40,871 nt of DNA from Clostridiales bacterium. Lineage in GTDB: Bacteria; Bacillota; Clostridia; Saccharofermentanales; Saccharofermentanaceae. The stretch covers positions 1-40,871 of the forward strand of contig JAFGGR010000160.1 of NCBI GenBank assembly GCA_016930475.1, written 5' to 3'. The translations under genes and the position numbers were made by a program. Each line of letters opens with the position of its first letter. Position 1 is the first letter of the stretch. The notes under the pieces are model-generated. The model ran no database searches. It had not been told where the DNA came from and worked only from the letters and a program-made list of their open reading frames with translations. Below are positions 1 through 8,786 of the stretch, piece by piece.

Positions 1-477
1 CTCGCCACTGCAAATTCGCTCAAGCAAGGAGCTGAGCAGGGCGTTTTTGACGATCTGCTCATCGGATACCTCTTTCAGAAACGAAACACTGTGGCGCTTG
101 TGCTCCTCGATCTGTTCGGCGGCCTTGTGAAGTGCGGCGAACAGATCCTTACCCGCGACCGGTTTCAAGAGATATTGGTCGACCCCGATCGAGATCGCTT
201 CCCTCGCCAGTTCAAATTCATCGTATCCGCTGATGATGATGATCCGGAGCCATGGAATGATCGCCTTGGCGTGACGCGCGAGTTCCAAGCCGTCCATAAA
301 GGGCATTTTGATGTCCGTGATCAGGATATCCGGCTTCACGTCCTGAATGATGGCAAGCGCCAGCTCTCCGTCTCCGGCTTCTCCACAGCATGTAAAGGGC
401 TCCTCGCCTTTTTCAATGGTGTTTCGAAGATTCTGACGGATGATCGGTTCATCCTCCACCAGGAAAACACTATACAT
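1..477 (-). CDS. Response regulator, YesN/AraC-type (N-terminal receiver domain present; C-terminal part lies beyond the left edge)
   Basis: Reverse-strand translation from the ATG at 477 reads MYSVFLVEDEPIIRQNLRNTIEKGEEPFTCCGEAGDGELALAIIQDVKPDILITDIKMPFMDGLELARHAKAIIPWLRIIIISGYDEFELAREAISIGVDQYLLKPV... This is a CheY-like receiver with an acidic pair, the phospho-Asp context ILITDIKMP and LLKP. The start overlaps the kinase stop (ATGTATAG). The + ORF 91..531 is its antisense shadow. Confidence 0.85.
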   Translation of the reverse strand, partial: MYSVFLVEDEPIIRQNLRNTIEKGEEPFTCCGEAGDGELALAIIQDVKPDILITDIKMPFMDGLELARHAKAIIPWLRIIIISGYDEFELAREAISIGVDQYLLKPVAGKDLFAALHKAAEQIEEHKRHSVSFLKEVSDEQIVKNALLSSLLERICSGE

Positions 478-1990
478 CCCGCACCGCCTCTTCCGTGCTT
501 AAATTGCCCTGTACCGGACTTTCGGAGTTAATGAGCGGAAGTCGCAAGGTCACCTTGCTTCCCTTCCTGTACTCGCTTTCCACCGTTAAACCGTCGTCCG
601 TTTCATAGTAAAGTTGGATGCGTTTATACACGTTATACATACCAAAGCCGGTCTCCGGATTGTTTACGTCGTAGTGGGACAGGTTTTCTCGAAGAAGCAG
701 GAGTTCATCCCCGTTCATCCCAACGCCGTCGTCCTCGACCGTGAAAATCAATAAATCCGCCGTCTTTCTTCCCGTGAGCGTGACGCATCCGCCCTGCCGG
801 TTTTTCTTGATACCGTGATAAATCGCGTTTTCCACCAGCGGTTGCAGGAGGATCTTCAGCATCGATTCCCGGAGCATATCTTCCCCGATATCGATCTTGT
901 AATCGAGGATCGCACCGTATCGGATCTTCTGAATAGCCAGATAACTCTCGACATGGGATTTCTCCTCGGCGACCGTGACCCAGTCCCTTCCTTTGTTCAG
1001 GGAAAGCCGGAAGAAATTCGAAAGGGCCAGAGTGGTCCGTGCGACTTCTTCGTTTTGGCCGTCCTCGGCCAGTGAAAGAATGGTGTCCAAGGTGTTATAC
1101 ATGAAATGCGGCGCAATTTGCGCCTGAAGAGCCCGCATCTCCGCCTTCTGGATGTGTTGCTGCTTTTGGGTGTTCTGCTCAATCAACTCGCCCAGTTTCT
1201 CCGCCATCGTATTGAGGCTGTCCGTCAGTTCGTCGAGTTCGCTGATCTCGGGCTTTTTCACCCGAAAGGACAGGTCGCCGCGAGCGATCTGGGAGGCCAT
1301 CGTCTTGAGCCGAATGACCGGCTTATTGATGCTGTTGTTGAGTTGCCAGTAATTCCGGATAAGAAACAAGACGATGGCGACGAGGATCATGATTTGAAAG
1401 AAGGTCATGATGTCGAGTGAGCGTTGGATTTTGGTGTTCTGCAAATGGGCTATTTCCATCTCGGAGGCCACGAATTGTTGGATAATGTCGTAGAGCAAAT
1501 CGCTGACCGACCGGATCTCGCCCAGCATCTCTTCATTCTCGAGGACCGGCCGATTGTTTTCGATATTTTCGCCGATCTTATCCACGTAACTTTCCAAAGT
1601 TTCCAGAGTATTTCGCGCGACCTCGATCAAATAACTGTTTTCGCCGCTGTTGGCATTCTTCTCGAGCTCATCGAGACGATCTCTGATCCGGTTAATCAAC
1701 TCGTACTGTGTGTTGTCCGTAAACTTGGTCTTGCCGGACACTACGTACCATATTGTGGGATCGATCTCCTCCTGTACGACGCTGGACAGGCTGTTCGCGT
1801 TATAAACATTTTCGATGATCCCCTCATACTGATTGAGGGTGATATTGTAGTAGAGCGTGCTGATCAAAAAAGGCACAAGGGTCGCCAAAATGATGACCCA
1901 GTTCGTGACCTGTAGCGTCTTTCTTATGCTTCTGTTGCGCACTCGAGTTATGCCTTTCCGTTTCGCGAAAACCCTATGGGGAGGAATCAA
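470..1990 (-). CDS. Sensor histidine kinase, YesM-like (two TM segments flanking a ~170 aa extracytoplasmic domain, then HAMP, His_kinase and HATPase domains)
   Basis: The 506 aa ORF has TM1 WVIILATLVPFLISTLYY and TM2 FFQIMILVAIVLFLI, followed by a HAMP-like stretch (PVIRLKTMASQIARGDLSF). It carries the LQAQIAPHFMYNTL H-box typical of the YesM/LytS His_kinase family. The ATPase N and G boxes are LLQPLVENAIYHG and DDGVGM...GFGMYNV. The start codon at 1990 is TTG and overlaps the upstream stop by 4 nt. An in-frame GTG 16 codons downstream is an alternative start. Confidence 0.85.
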   Translation of the reverse strand: MIPPHRVFAKRKGITRVRNRSIRKTLQVTNWVIILATLVPFLISTLYYNITLNQYEGIIENVYNANSLSSVVQEEIDPTIWYVVSGKTKFTDNTQYELINRIRDRLDELEKNANSGENSYLIEVARNTLETLESYVDKIGENIENNRPVLENEEMLGEIRSVSDLLYDIIQQFVASEMEIAHLQNTKIQRSLDIMTFFQIMILVAIVLFLIRNYWQLNNSINKPVIRLKTMASQIARGDLSFRVKKPEISELDELTDSLNTMAEKLGELIEQNTQKQQHIQKAEMRALQAQIAPHFMYNTLDTILSLAEDGQNEEVARTTLALSNFFRLSLNKGRDWVTVAEEKSHVESYLAIQKIRYGAILDYKIDIGEDMLRESMLKILLQPLVENAIYHGIKKNRQGGCVTLTGRKTADLLIFTVEDDGVGMNGDELLLLRENLSHYDVNNPETGFGMYNVYKRIQLYYETDDGLTVESEYRKGSKVTLRLPLINSESPVQGNLSTEEAVRDV

Positions 1991-2964
1991 TATCCTCTGT
2001 CCGCGATCTTATTAAAATTGCTGTTTTCATCGAAGACCAATTCCTTGATGTAGATTTGTTTCTCCACTTCTTCGCCGGCTACGATCTTCTTCGCAAGCTC
2101 CATCAATTGAGGTCCGCTGTTCGGATTGCATTCGATGACACAATTGACGGTCCCGGCCCGCAAATAATCGATGATCCGCTGGGTCGCGTCCACGGAGATG
2201 ATCACGATATCCTTTCCGGGTTCGATCCCGGCCTCCCGCATCACCTCGATCGCACCGAAGGTCATATCGTCGTTATGGGAATAAAGCACGTCGATCTCCT
2301 CCGGGTCGTATAATTCAAGTACTTGCTGCATGATCTCCCTGCCCTTGCTCAGCATGAAATCCCCGCATGCACTGAATATCACCTCAAACTTGGAGTCGGA
2401 GGAGATGACACTTCGGAATCCTTCATACCGGCCGATGGCAGGCGTTGAATCGATGGTGCCCGCCAGTTCGACGATCTTGATCGGCTGCTCCGTGTATCGA
2501 TATTTATCGAGAAGAAACTGCCCCGCATGCCGGCCTTCCAAATCAAAGTCGGAGCACAAAGCACAAGTATAGAGGCTGTCGTCCTCCGTGTCGATCATCC
2601 GGTCGACAATGATGACCGGGATACCTGCGGCTTTTGCCTCACCCAGTACGGTATCCCATCCGGTCTCCACCAGCGGAGAAAAGGCAATGACATCGACTTT
2701 ATAGGCAATGAATGACCGGATCGCCTTGATTTGATTTTCCGGATCCTGCATCGCGTCGTCAAACATGATTTTGATGCCCGCTTCTTCTGCGGCACTGATG
2801 ATGGAGCGACTGTTCTGACTGCGCCATGTGCTCTCGTCTCCCAATTGGGAAAATCCGAGCACAATCGGTTTATCCGCGGACGGAGTGGTCTTTCCGAGAC
2901 CGCAGCTGCAGGAAAAAATACATATCGCACAGATCAGCGAAAAAAGTCGTTTCCGTTTGTTCAC
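1987..2964 (-). CDS. Periplasmic sugar-binding lipoprotein, YtfQ-like (Peripla_BP_4 family); putative sensor partner of the kinase
   Basis: The 325 aa ORF has a signal peptide with Cys-rich lipobox candidates (LICAICIFSCSCG). Motifs matching E. coli YtfQ as I recall it: LGFSQLGDESTWR, ENQIKAIRSF, TGWDTVLGEAKAAGIPVIIVDR, LYSHNDDMTFGAIEVMREAGIEPGKDI and a C-terminal RGY. It is translationally coupled to the kinase gene. Confidence 0.8.
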   Translation of the reverse strand: MNKRKRLFSLICAICIFSCSCGLGKTTPSADKPIVLGFSQLGDESTWRSQNSRSIISAAEEAGIKIMFDDAMQDPENQIKAIRSFIAYKVDVIAFSPLVETGWDTVLGEAKAAGIPVIIVDRMIDTEDDSLYTCALCSDFDLEGRHAGQFLLDKYRYTEQPIKIVELAGTIDSTPAIGRYEGFRSVISSDSKFEVIFSACGDFMLSKGREIMQQVLELYDPEEIDVLYSHNDDMTFGAIEVMREAGIEPGKDIVIISVDATQRIIDYLRAGTVNCVIECNPNSGPQLMELAKKIVAGEEVEKQIYIKELVFDENSNFNKIADRGY

Positions 2965-3245
2965 CTCGTACGCTCCCTCATTGCTCTGATATTTAACATT
3001 AATACATTATAGCCCTTTCACTCTACTATAGGCAGTCCACAACAGTAAACAACAACAAGCGCAAATCGGAAATAATTCAGGTTTTGCCGTAAAAAAATAT
3101 AGAAATGTTTCCGCGGGTCCGAATACTTCATAAAAGATCGTGACAAATGCGAAAAGATATACATGGAATGCCCTTCTCCCGAAGCCTAATCTAGTACACA
3201 GAGAACATTCAATCTCGAATTTCAACCTATTAGGAGGAAAAAAAC

Positions 3246-4295
3246 ATGAGAAAACTACTGAAAGGCATCAGCATCCTGTGTGTGTTCGTGTTGCTTATCA
3301 TGGCGACCGCCTGCACCGAGAAGCCTGCCGAAACCAATGCCCCCGCGGCGACAACCAAAGAAGCTGCCGCCGAGACCACCGCAGAGCCTGTCGACACCGG
3401 CGACGATTTGATCGTTGTTGGATTTGCGCAGTGCAAAGCGGACGAGTCTGACTGGCGTATGGCAAACACCGCGTCCATGCAGGAGACCCTGAGCGAGGCC
3501 AACGGTTACAAGCTGATCCTCGCCGACTCCAACAACGACGCCGCTAAGCAGGTCGCCGACGTCCAGGGCTTCATTGACCAGGAAGTCGACTACATCGTCA
3601 TCGCAGCCGTCAACATGGATGGCTGGGACACCGTTCTTTCCAGCGCAAAGGAAGCCGGGATTCCGGTCATTTTGATGGATCGTACTATCAATGCCAGCGC
3701 AGACCTCTACACCTGCTGGGTCGGTTCCGACTTCAAGGCAGAGGGCGTGAAAGCTACGGATTGGATCTCCACCCGTTTCACAGCCGATGATGAAGTCAAC
3801 ATTGTCAATCTTCAGGGCCAGCTCGGCGCGTCCGCTCAAATCGGGCGCAGTGAAGCGTTGGAGGACGCGATTGCGGCAAACAGCAACTGGACGCTCCTAG
3901 CTCAACAAACCGGCGAGTGGAGCACCGATACCGCAAAAGAAATCATGGCTTCATGGATCCAGCAGCACGGCGACAAAATCAATGTGGTCTATGCGGAAAA
4001 TGACAACATGGCAGACGGCGCAATTCAGGCTCTCGAAGAGGCCGGAATGAAAGTCGGCGGAGATGACGGCGTAGCAATCATTTCCTTCGATGCGAACAGA
4101 GCTTACCTCCAGATGACTCTGGAAGGCAAGATCAACTGTAACGTTGAGTGCAACCCCCTGCACGGACCGAAGGTTGCCGAGATCATTCAGACCATCGAAA
4201 GCGGCGGATCGCCTGCTAAGGTCGAAGTAGTCGAGGAAGCTGCCTTCTACTATGACACCATTACCCAAGCCATTGTCGACGCTCGTGCGTACTAA
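3246..4295 (+). CDS. ABC transporter sugar-binding lipoprotein, YtfQ-like (galactofuranose/ribose-type SBP)
   Basis: The 349 aa ORF has a strong RBS (AGGAGG 7 nt upstream) and the lipobox LIMATAC. It is a paralogue of 1987..2964. Shared blocks are VGFAQCKADESDWR, DGWDTVLSSAKEAGIPVILMDR, LYTCWVGSDF, VYAENDNMADGAIQALEEAG and NCNVECNP. Confidence 0.9.
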   Translation: MRKLLKGISILCVFVLLIMATACTEKPAETNAPAATTKEAAAETTAEPVDTGDDLIVVGFAQCKADESDWRMANTASMQETLSEANGYKLILADSNNDAAKQVADVQGFIDQEVDYIVIAAVNMDGWDTVLSSAKEAGIPVILMDRTINASADLYTCWVGSDFKAEGVKATDWISTRFTADDEVNIVNLQGQLGASAQIGRSEALEDAIAANSNWTLLAQQTGEWSTDTAKEIMASWIQQHGDKINVVYAENDNMADGAIQALEEAGMKVGGDDGVAIISFDANRAYLQMTLEGKINCNVECNPLHGPKVAEIIQTIESGGSPAKVEVVEEAAFYYDTITQAIVDARAY

Positions 4296-4350
4296 TTCCG
4301 CGAGAGTCAGTAAAAAAACCTTTTCCTGTGTGAGATGATATTTGATGTTT

Positions 4351-4382
4351 GGTTCGGGGAGGTCATCGGATCTCCCCGAGCC
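4351..4382 (+). promoter_or_regulatory. Intercistronic stem-loop between the SBP and ATPase genes (11 bp stem, 10 nt loop, no U-tract)
   Basis: GGTTCGGGGAG (4351-4361) pairs with CTCCCCGAGCC (4372-4382), including one G-U pair. It sits 56 nt after the SBP stop and 18 nt before the ATPase start. Confidence 0.5.
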
Positions 4383-4399
4383 AAAATCAATTCGGGTGA

Positions 4400-5956
4400 G
4401 TGGAAAAAATGAGTAAAACAAAGAATTTACAGAATCCCCCCTCTGTGATAATGACCGGGATCGGAAAATCATTTCCGGGCGTACGCGCCCTGAATCAAGT
4501 TGATTTCAAATTGCGCCGCGGAGAGATCCATGCGTTGATGGGCGAAAACGGTGCCGGAAAATCAACTTTGGTCAAGGTACTGACCGGTGTCTATCCGATG
4601 GATGAAGGAAAAGTGCGACTGGACGGAGTTCCGGTCGTGATCCGATCCCCGCAGGACGCGCAAAAGCACGGGATCAGCACCGTTTATCAAGAGGTCAACC
4701 TTTGCCCCAATCTGTCGGTCGCGGAGAATCTTTTTCTGGGTCGGGAGCCTCGTTCAATGGGTTTGATCGACTGGAGGAAAATGAATCTCAAAGCCTCCGA
4801 ATTACTGCAAAAATTAAACATTTCAGCGAATCCGACGGCGCAGCTCGACAGCTATTCGATCGCAATCCAACAGATGATCGCGATTGCCCGCGCCATCAAT
4901 ACGGAGTGCGCATTTTTAATTTTGGATGAACCCACCTCCTCCCTGGATGCCGACGAAGTGAATAAGATTTTCACGCTCATGCGACAGCTTCGGGACAACG
5001 GTGTCGGAATAATCTTTATCACTCATTTTCTCGAACAGGTGTACGAGATCTGCGACCGAATCACCGTTTTAAGAAACGGAGAATTGGTCGGGGAATATGA
5101 AGTGGATAAATTATCACGCTTCGAGCTTGTGACTAAGATGATGGGCAAGGAAATCGAAAACCTCTCGGAGCTTAGTGTCGACCGGGACGAATCCCGTTTT
5201 CAAGGTGAGGAGCCGATCATTGAGGCGCGTGCACTATCCAGCGGAAGCAAGAAGGTCGCGCCTTTCGACCTGAAAATGTACCGGGGCGAGGTAGTCGGTT
5301 TCAGCGGACTATTGGGGTCCGGCCGAAGCGAACTCGTGAGGACCGTTTACGGTGCGGATAAACCGGTCCAGGGACAATTTTTCATAAGGGGAAAAAACGT
5401 CCGGATCAGGAAGCCGCTGGATGCCATGAAGCAAGGGATGGCGTATCTACCGGAAGACAGAAAGGTCGACGGGATATTTCCGGAGCTTTCTGTCCGGGAA
5501 AATATTATTATCGCGCTTCAAGCCAAAACAGGCATGTTTAAGCGTATTCGCCGAAAAGAGATGGAAAAATACGCCGATCAGTACATTGACCTGCTCAACA
5601 TCAAAACCGCAAACATCGAAACTCCGATCAAGAGTCTTTCCGGCGGCAATCAACAAAAGGTCATCCTGGCTCGTTGGCTCCTTACCAACCCCGAGTTTAT
5701 GATCTTGGACGAGCCGACCCGCGGAATCGATGTCGGTACCAAAACAGAGATCCAGAGACTTATTCTGAAGCTTGCCTCGGAGAATAAAAGTATCGCTTTC
5801 ATTTCTTCGGAAATGGATGAGATGATCCGAACGTGCTCCCGAATGGTCGTCATGCGGGATCGGCACAAGGTCGGCGAGCTGACGCAAGGCAATCTGGATC
5901 AGAGTACGATCATCCGAACGATAGCGGGAGGTGACAATGAAGATGGGGCTGTTTAA
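4400..5956 (+). CDS. Sugar ABC transporter ATP-binding protein, duplicated ATPase (YtfR/RbsA-type)
   Basis: The ORF has two ABC cassettes. The first has Walker A GENGAGKST, LSGGNQQ-type signature regions, and Walker B FLILDEPTS; the second has Walker B FMILDEPTRGID. The ORF opens with GTG at 4400. The ATG at 4409 (MSKTKN...) is an equally plausible start. Confidence 0.9.
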   Translation: MEKMSKTKNLQNPPSVIMTGIGKSFPGVRALNQVDFKLRRGEIHALMGENGAGKSTLVKVLTGVYPMDEGKVRLDGVPVVIRSPQDAQKHGISTVYQEVNLCPNLSVAENLFLGREPRSMGLIDWRKMNLKASELLQKLNISANPTAQLDSYSIAIQQMIAIARAINTECAFLILDEPTSSLDADEVNKIFTLMRQLRDNGVGIIFITHFLEQVYEICDRITVLRNGELVGEYEVDKLSRFELVTKMMGKEIENLSELSVDRDESRFQGEEPIIEARALSSGSKKVAPFDLKMYRGEVVGFSGLLGSGRSELVRTVYGADKPVQGQFFIRGKNVRIRKPLDAMKQGMAYLPEDRKVDGIFPELSVRENIIIALQAKTGMFKRIRRKEMEKYADQYIDLLNIKTANIETPIKSLSGGNQQKVILARWLLTNPEFMILDEPTRGIDVGTKTEIQRLILKLASENKSIAFISSEMDEMIRTCSRMVVMRDRHKVGELTQGNLDQSTIIRTIAGGDNEDGAV

Positions 5957-7052
5957 TGATCGAAAGGGGCCGGCTATGCTCTCGCCGTCGGCCGGGAAAA
6001 AATTACTGAACAATCGACTGATCTTTTCCCTGCTTGTGTTAATGGTCGTGGTCGTTCAAAACATCATCACGACGCCGAATTTTTTCGAGATCACGATGAC
6101 CAACGGCTTGTTATCCGGTTATATTCCCAATATCCTGGATGAAGCCAGCGAACTGATCATCGTTACGATGGGTATGACGCTGGTCATCGCGGCATCCGGC
6201 GGCGTCGATTTGAGTGTCGGTCCGATCATGGCCATCGCCGCCAGTTTTTGCGGCCTTCTTCTCAACGGATCGGAATACCGGACCGACGTTTATCACAGTC
6301 CGTACTTTTTAGCGATCCTTTTCGGTCTCGTCGGTGCGGCATTATGCGGCGCTTTCAATGGATTTCTGGTCTCTAGACTGAAAATCCAGCCGATGATCGC
6401 CACACTGATCCTGTTCACTGCGGGACGCTCCATCGCAAAACAAATCACGCACGGACAGACAATTTATATTATGAATCCGACATACAAATGGTTGGGGGTC
6501 CAGATCCCCGGTATACCGATCCGAACCACCATTCTGGTGAGTATCGCGATCGTCATTTTAGTCGTTCTGCTCGTCAAACTGACCAGTCTGGGCCTTTATA
6601 TCCAGAGCGTCGGGATCAACGGTTCAGCCGCCCGACTCGTCGGACTCAATTCCCGGGTGATCAAGTTTATGGCTTTTGTGATCTGTGGGATCCTGGCGGG
6701 AGTGGCCGGGTTGGTCAGCTCCAGCAGTGTCGGAAGCGTGAATTCCGGGGAATTGGGATTGTCCATCGAAATGGACGCCATATTGGCGGTCGCTTTGGGC
6801 GGTAACAATCTGGGCGGAGGCAAATTCAGCATAGCGGGCTCGGTGATCGGCGCATACACGATTCAGGCGATCACTACCACTCTTTATGCCATGAACGTTC
6901 GCGCCGATCAGTTAAATGTCTTTAAAGCGATCATCATCATCGTGATCATTGTCGCAAGCAGTGAGGTGTTTAAAGAAAAGGTCAACCGACTATTCCGTCA
7001 TATAACGAAAAAGAACGTACCCGTCGGAGGTCTGAGCGATGAGAGACAGTAA
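5937..7052 (+). CDS. Sugar ABC transporter permease (YtfT/RbsC-type)
   Basis: This is a polytopic membrane ORF from the BPD_transp_2 (branched-chain/ribose) permease family, e.g. GGVDLSVGPIMA and IQPMIATL. I chose the ATG at 5937 because GGAGG lies 5 nt upstream. The track ORF starts at GTG 5931. It overlaps the ATPase 3' end. Confidence 0.85.
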   Translation: MKMGLFNDRKGPAMLSPSAGKKLLNNRLIFSLLVLMVVVVQNIITTPNFFEITMTNGLLSGYIPNILDEASELIIVTMGMTLVIAASGGVDLSVGPIMAIAASFCGLLLNGSEYRTDVYHSPYFLAILFGLVGAALCGAFNGFLVSRLKIQPMIATLILFTAGRSIAKQITHGQTIYIMNPTYKWLGVQIPGIPIRTTILVSIAIVILVVLLVKLTSLGLYIQSVGINGSAARLVGLNSRVIKFMAFVICGILAGVAGLVSSSSVGSVNSGELGLSIEMDAILAVALGGNNLGGGKFSIAGSVIGAYTIQAITTTLYAMNVRADQLNVFKAIIIIVIIVASSEVFKEKVNRLFRHITKKNVPVGGLSDERQ

Positions 7053-8151
7053 AAAGACAACAATTTCCGCTTCCTCACCTTTGGGAAAACGCAGCGGCCT
7101 GAGTAACACAGGTATCCTGTTACTGATCACGGTTTCTCTTTTTGTTATTTTGTATGTTTCTTCCACCATTTTGTTTAAGGACAGCAACTTCGCAAAATAC
7201 TCGGTCTTTTTCAACCTGATCAACAACAAGGCATATTTGCTGATGCTTGCTCTGGGATTAACGGTGGTCTTGATCACCGGCAGTATAGACATTTCCGTCG
7301 GCAGTGTAACCGGACTGGTCAGCATGGTGATCGCTACGATGCTTTCTTCCCAATCCAATATCAGTGCAATCTGGGCTATTCCGATATCGTTACTCATCGG
7401 AGTTGCGTTTGGCATCGTACAAGGTTATCTGGTTTCTTATATGGAGATCCAACCGTTCATCGTCACCTTGTCGGGGCTTTTCTTCGCACGAGGAATGATC
7501 AGTGTGATCAACCCCAAATCCGTACCGATATCCGATAAACTATTCATGAGTTGGTCGAGCGCGAAGGTGTACATTCCGTTTTTATATAATGAGCGAAAAA
7601 ACGGAACGATGGACGTAGCCTATCTGACTCCGGCCGCCATCACGGCAATCGCGGTCCTGATCATTATGATCATCGTGATGAAAAAAACTAAGTTCGGTCG
7701 CTCGTTGTATTCGGTCGGAGGAAATCCCCAGAGCGCCCTGTTAATGGGCGTCAACGTTAAAAGAATAAAGTTCATGGCCCATGTGCTTTGCGGCCTTTTA
7801 GCCGGTATCGGCGGCCTTCTATACACGCTTTTCGCGCCGTCGGGTAATCCTCAAAACGGTTACGGCTATGAAATCGACGCAATTTCCTCAAGCGTGATTG
7901 GCGGCGTAATGCTGAGCGGAGGCGTGGGGCTTCCGATCGGAACGCTTTTCGGGGTATTGATCAATTCGCTCATTGAGCGTGTGGTGCCGCTTCTGGGTAT
8001 CGTGGACGCATCCTGGCCCAGGATCATCTCCTCGGCCTTTCTGTTTGTATTCATCGTGCTTCAGAGCCTGTTCGCGAGTGCCGGCCACAAGGGTAGTTTC
8101 AAGCCGGTATTACCGCAATGGATGCGATTCAATCTCAAAAAGAAAAACTAG
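7039..8151 (+). CDS. Sugar ABC transporter permease (YjfF-type, second permease)
   Basis: The 370 aa polytopic ORF carries GSIDISVGSV, IQPFIVTL and a central charged loop, as in the previous permease. It overlaps that permease's 3' end by 14 nt, with GGAGG 9 nt upstream of its ATG. Confidence 0.85.
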   Translation: MRDSKKTTISASSPLGKRSGLSNTGILLLITVSLFVILYVSSTILFKDSNFAKYSVFFNLINNKAYLLMLALGLTVVLITGSIDISVGSVTGLVSMVIATMLSSQSNISAIWAIPISLLIGVAFGIVQGYLVSYMEIQPFIVTLSGLFFARGMISVINPKSVPISDKLFMSWSSAKVYIPFLYNERKNGTMDVAYLTPAAITAIAVLIIMIIVMKKTKFGRSLYSVGGNPQSALLMGVNVKRIKFMAHVLCGLLAGIGGLLYTLFAPSGNPQNGYGYEIDAISSSVIGGVMLSGGVGLPIGTLFGVLINSLIERVVPLLGIVDASWPRIISSAFLFVFIVLQSLFASAGHKGSFKPVLPQWMRFNLKKKN

Positions 8152-8230
8152 AATACGCTTGCATCCGGAAAACCTTGGCGTGTGATAAAATGTTGAGGAA
8201 AATCATTTCCCCATTCAGGAGGAGCACGCC

Positions 8231-8574
8231 ATGGCAAAGTTTGAGAAATCATTGACCGGAAATTTCGACGAATTTGTGAGGTATATGCACGAAGCAATCA
8301 CCGGCGGCAGTGTTTCCGCGACCTTTGAGGACGGAAGCGATTTTGTTGTTGACACCATCCGGGTCTCCGTCCGCGCAACGAGCGATACAGCATGATCGGC
8401 GGGAACCGGGTCAGTATGAACCTCACGATCGTTGGCGACGAAGATCGCCTGCTCATCACCGCAATCACTTCCGGCGGGAGCCAGGCGATGTTTTTTAAGA
8501 TCAATACTTTCGGGGAGGGATCTTTTCTGGATCAATGCATCGGCGCGGTCGAAAGTTATATGTCAAGAAAATAG
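8231..8574 (+). pseudogene. Small conserved hypothetical gene (I tentatively recall it as DUF6054-like) split by a frameshift
   Basis: A strong RBS (AGGAGGAG, 8217-8224) precedes the ATG at 8231. Frame 1 reads MAKFEKSLTGNFDEFVRYMHEAITGGSVSATFEDGSDFVVDTIRVSVR and then stops at 8393-8395. A second frame, open from 8353, reads ...NERYSMIGGNRVSMNLTIVGDEDRLLITAITSGGSQAMFFKINTFGEGSFLDQCIGAVESYMSRK, ending at 8574. Removing a GC from the CGCGC run at 8372-8376 joins the two frames. Confidence 0.6.
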
Positions 8575-8786
8575 GGCATGTGAAGAACGCATCTTCCGGA
8601 CGCGAATGATCGAGATCGCGAATAAGATGCCGGGGTTTTCGTTTTGGGGACTTCTTATTACTAAGAGTAAGATCTTCATTCGATTATTGCATTCGTACTC
8701 GGGTTTTCGACGCTCTTTATCTTATTTCTGTTCATATGTTCATACGGCCGGGTGTCCGGCTTGTCGAAACAGGTGTGTAGCGAAAT

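Noticed and set aside
91-531. 146 aa + strand ORF at the left edge
   Set aside because: It lies exactly antisense to a clean CheY-like receiver domain read on the minus strand. It has no family motifs and an Arg/Asp/Leu-rich shadow-frame composition.
3255-3839. 194 aa minus-strand ORF inside the SBP gene
   Set aside because: It is antisense to a strongly family-like SBP gene with an RBS and lipobox. It has a Gly/Arg/Asp-rich shadow composition and no start context.
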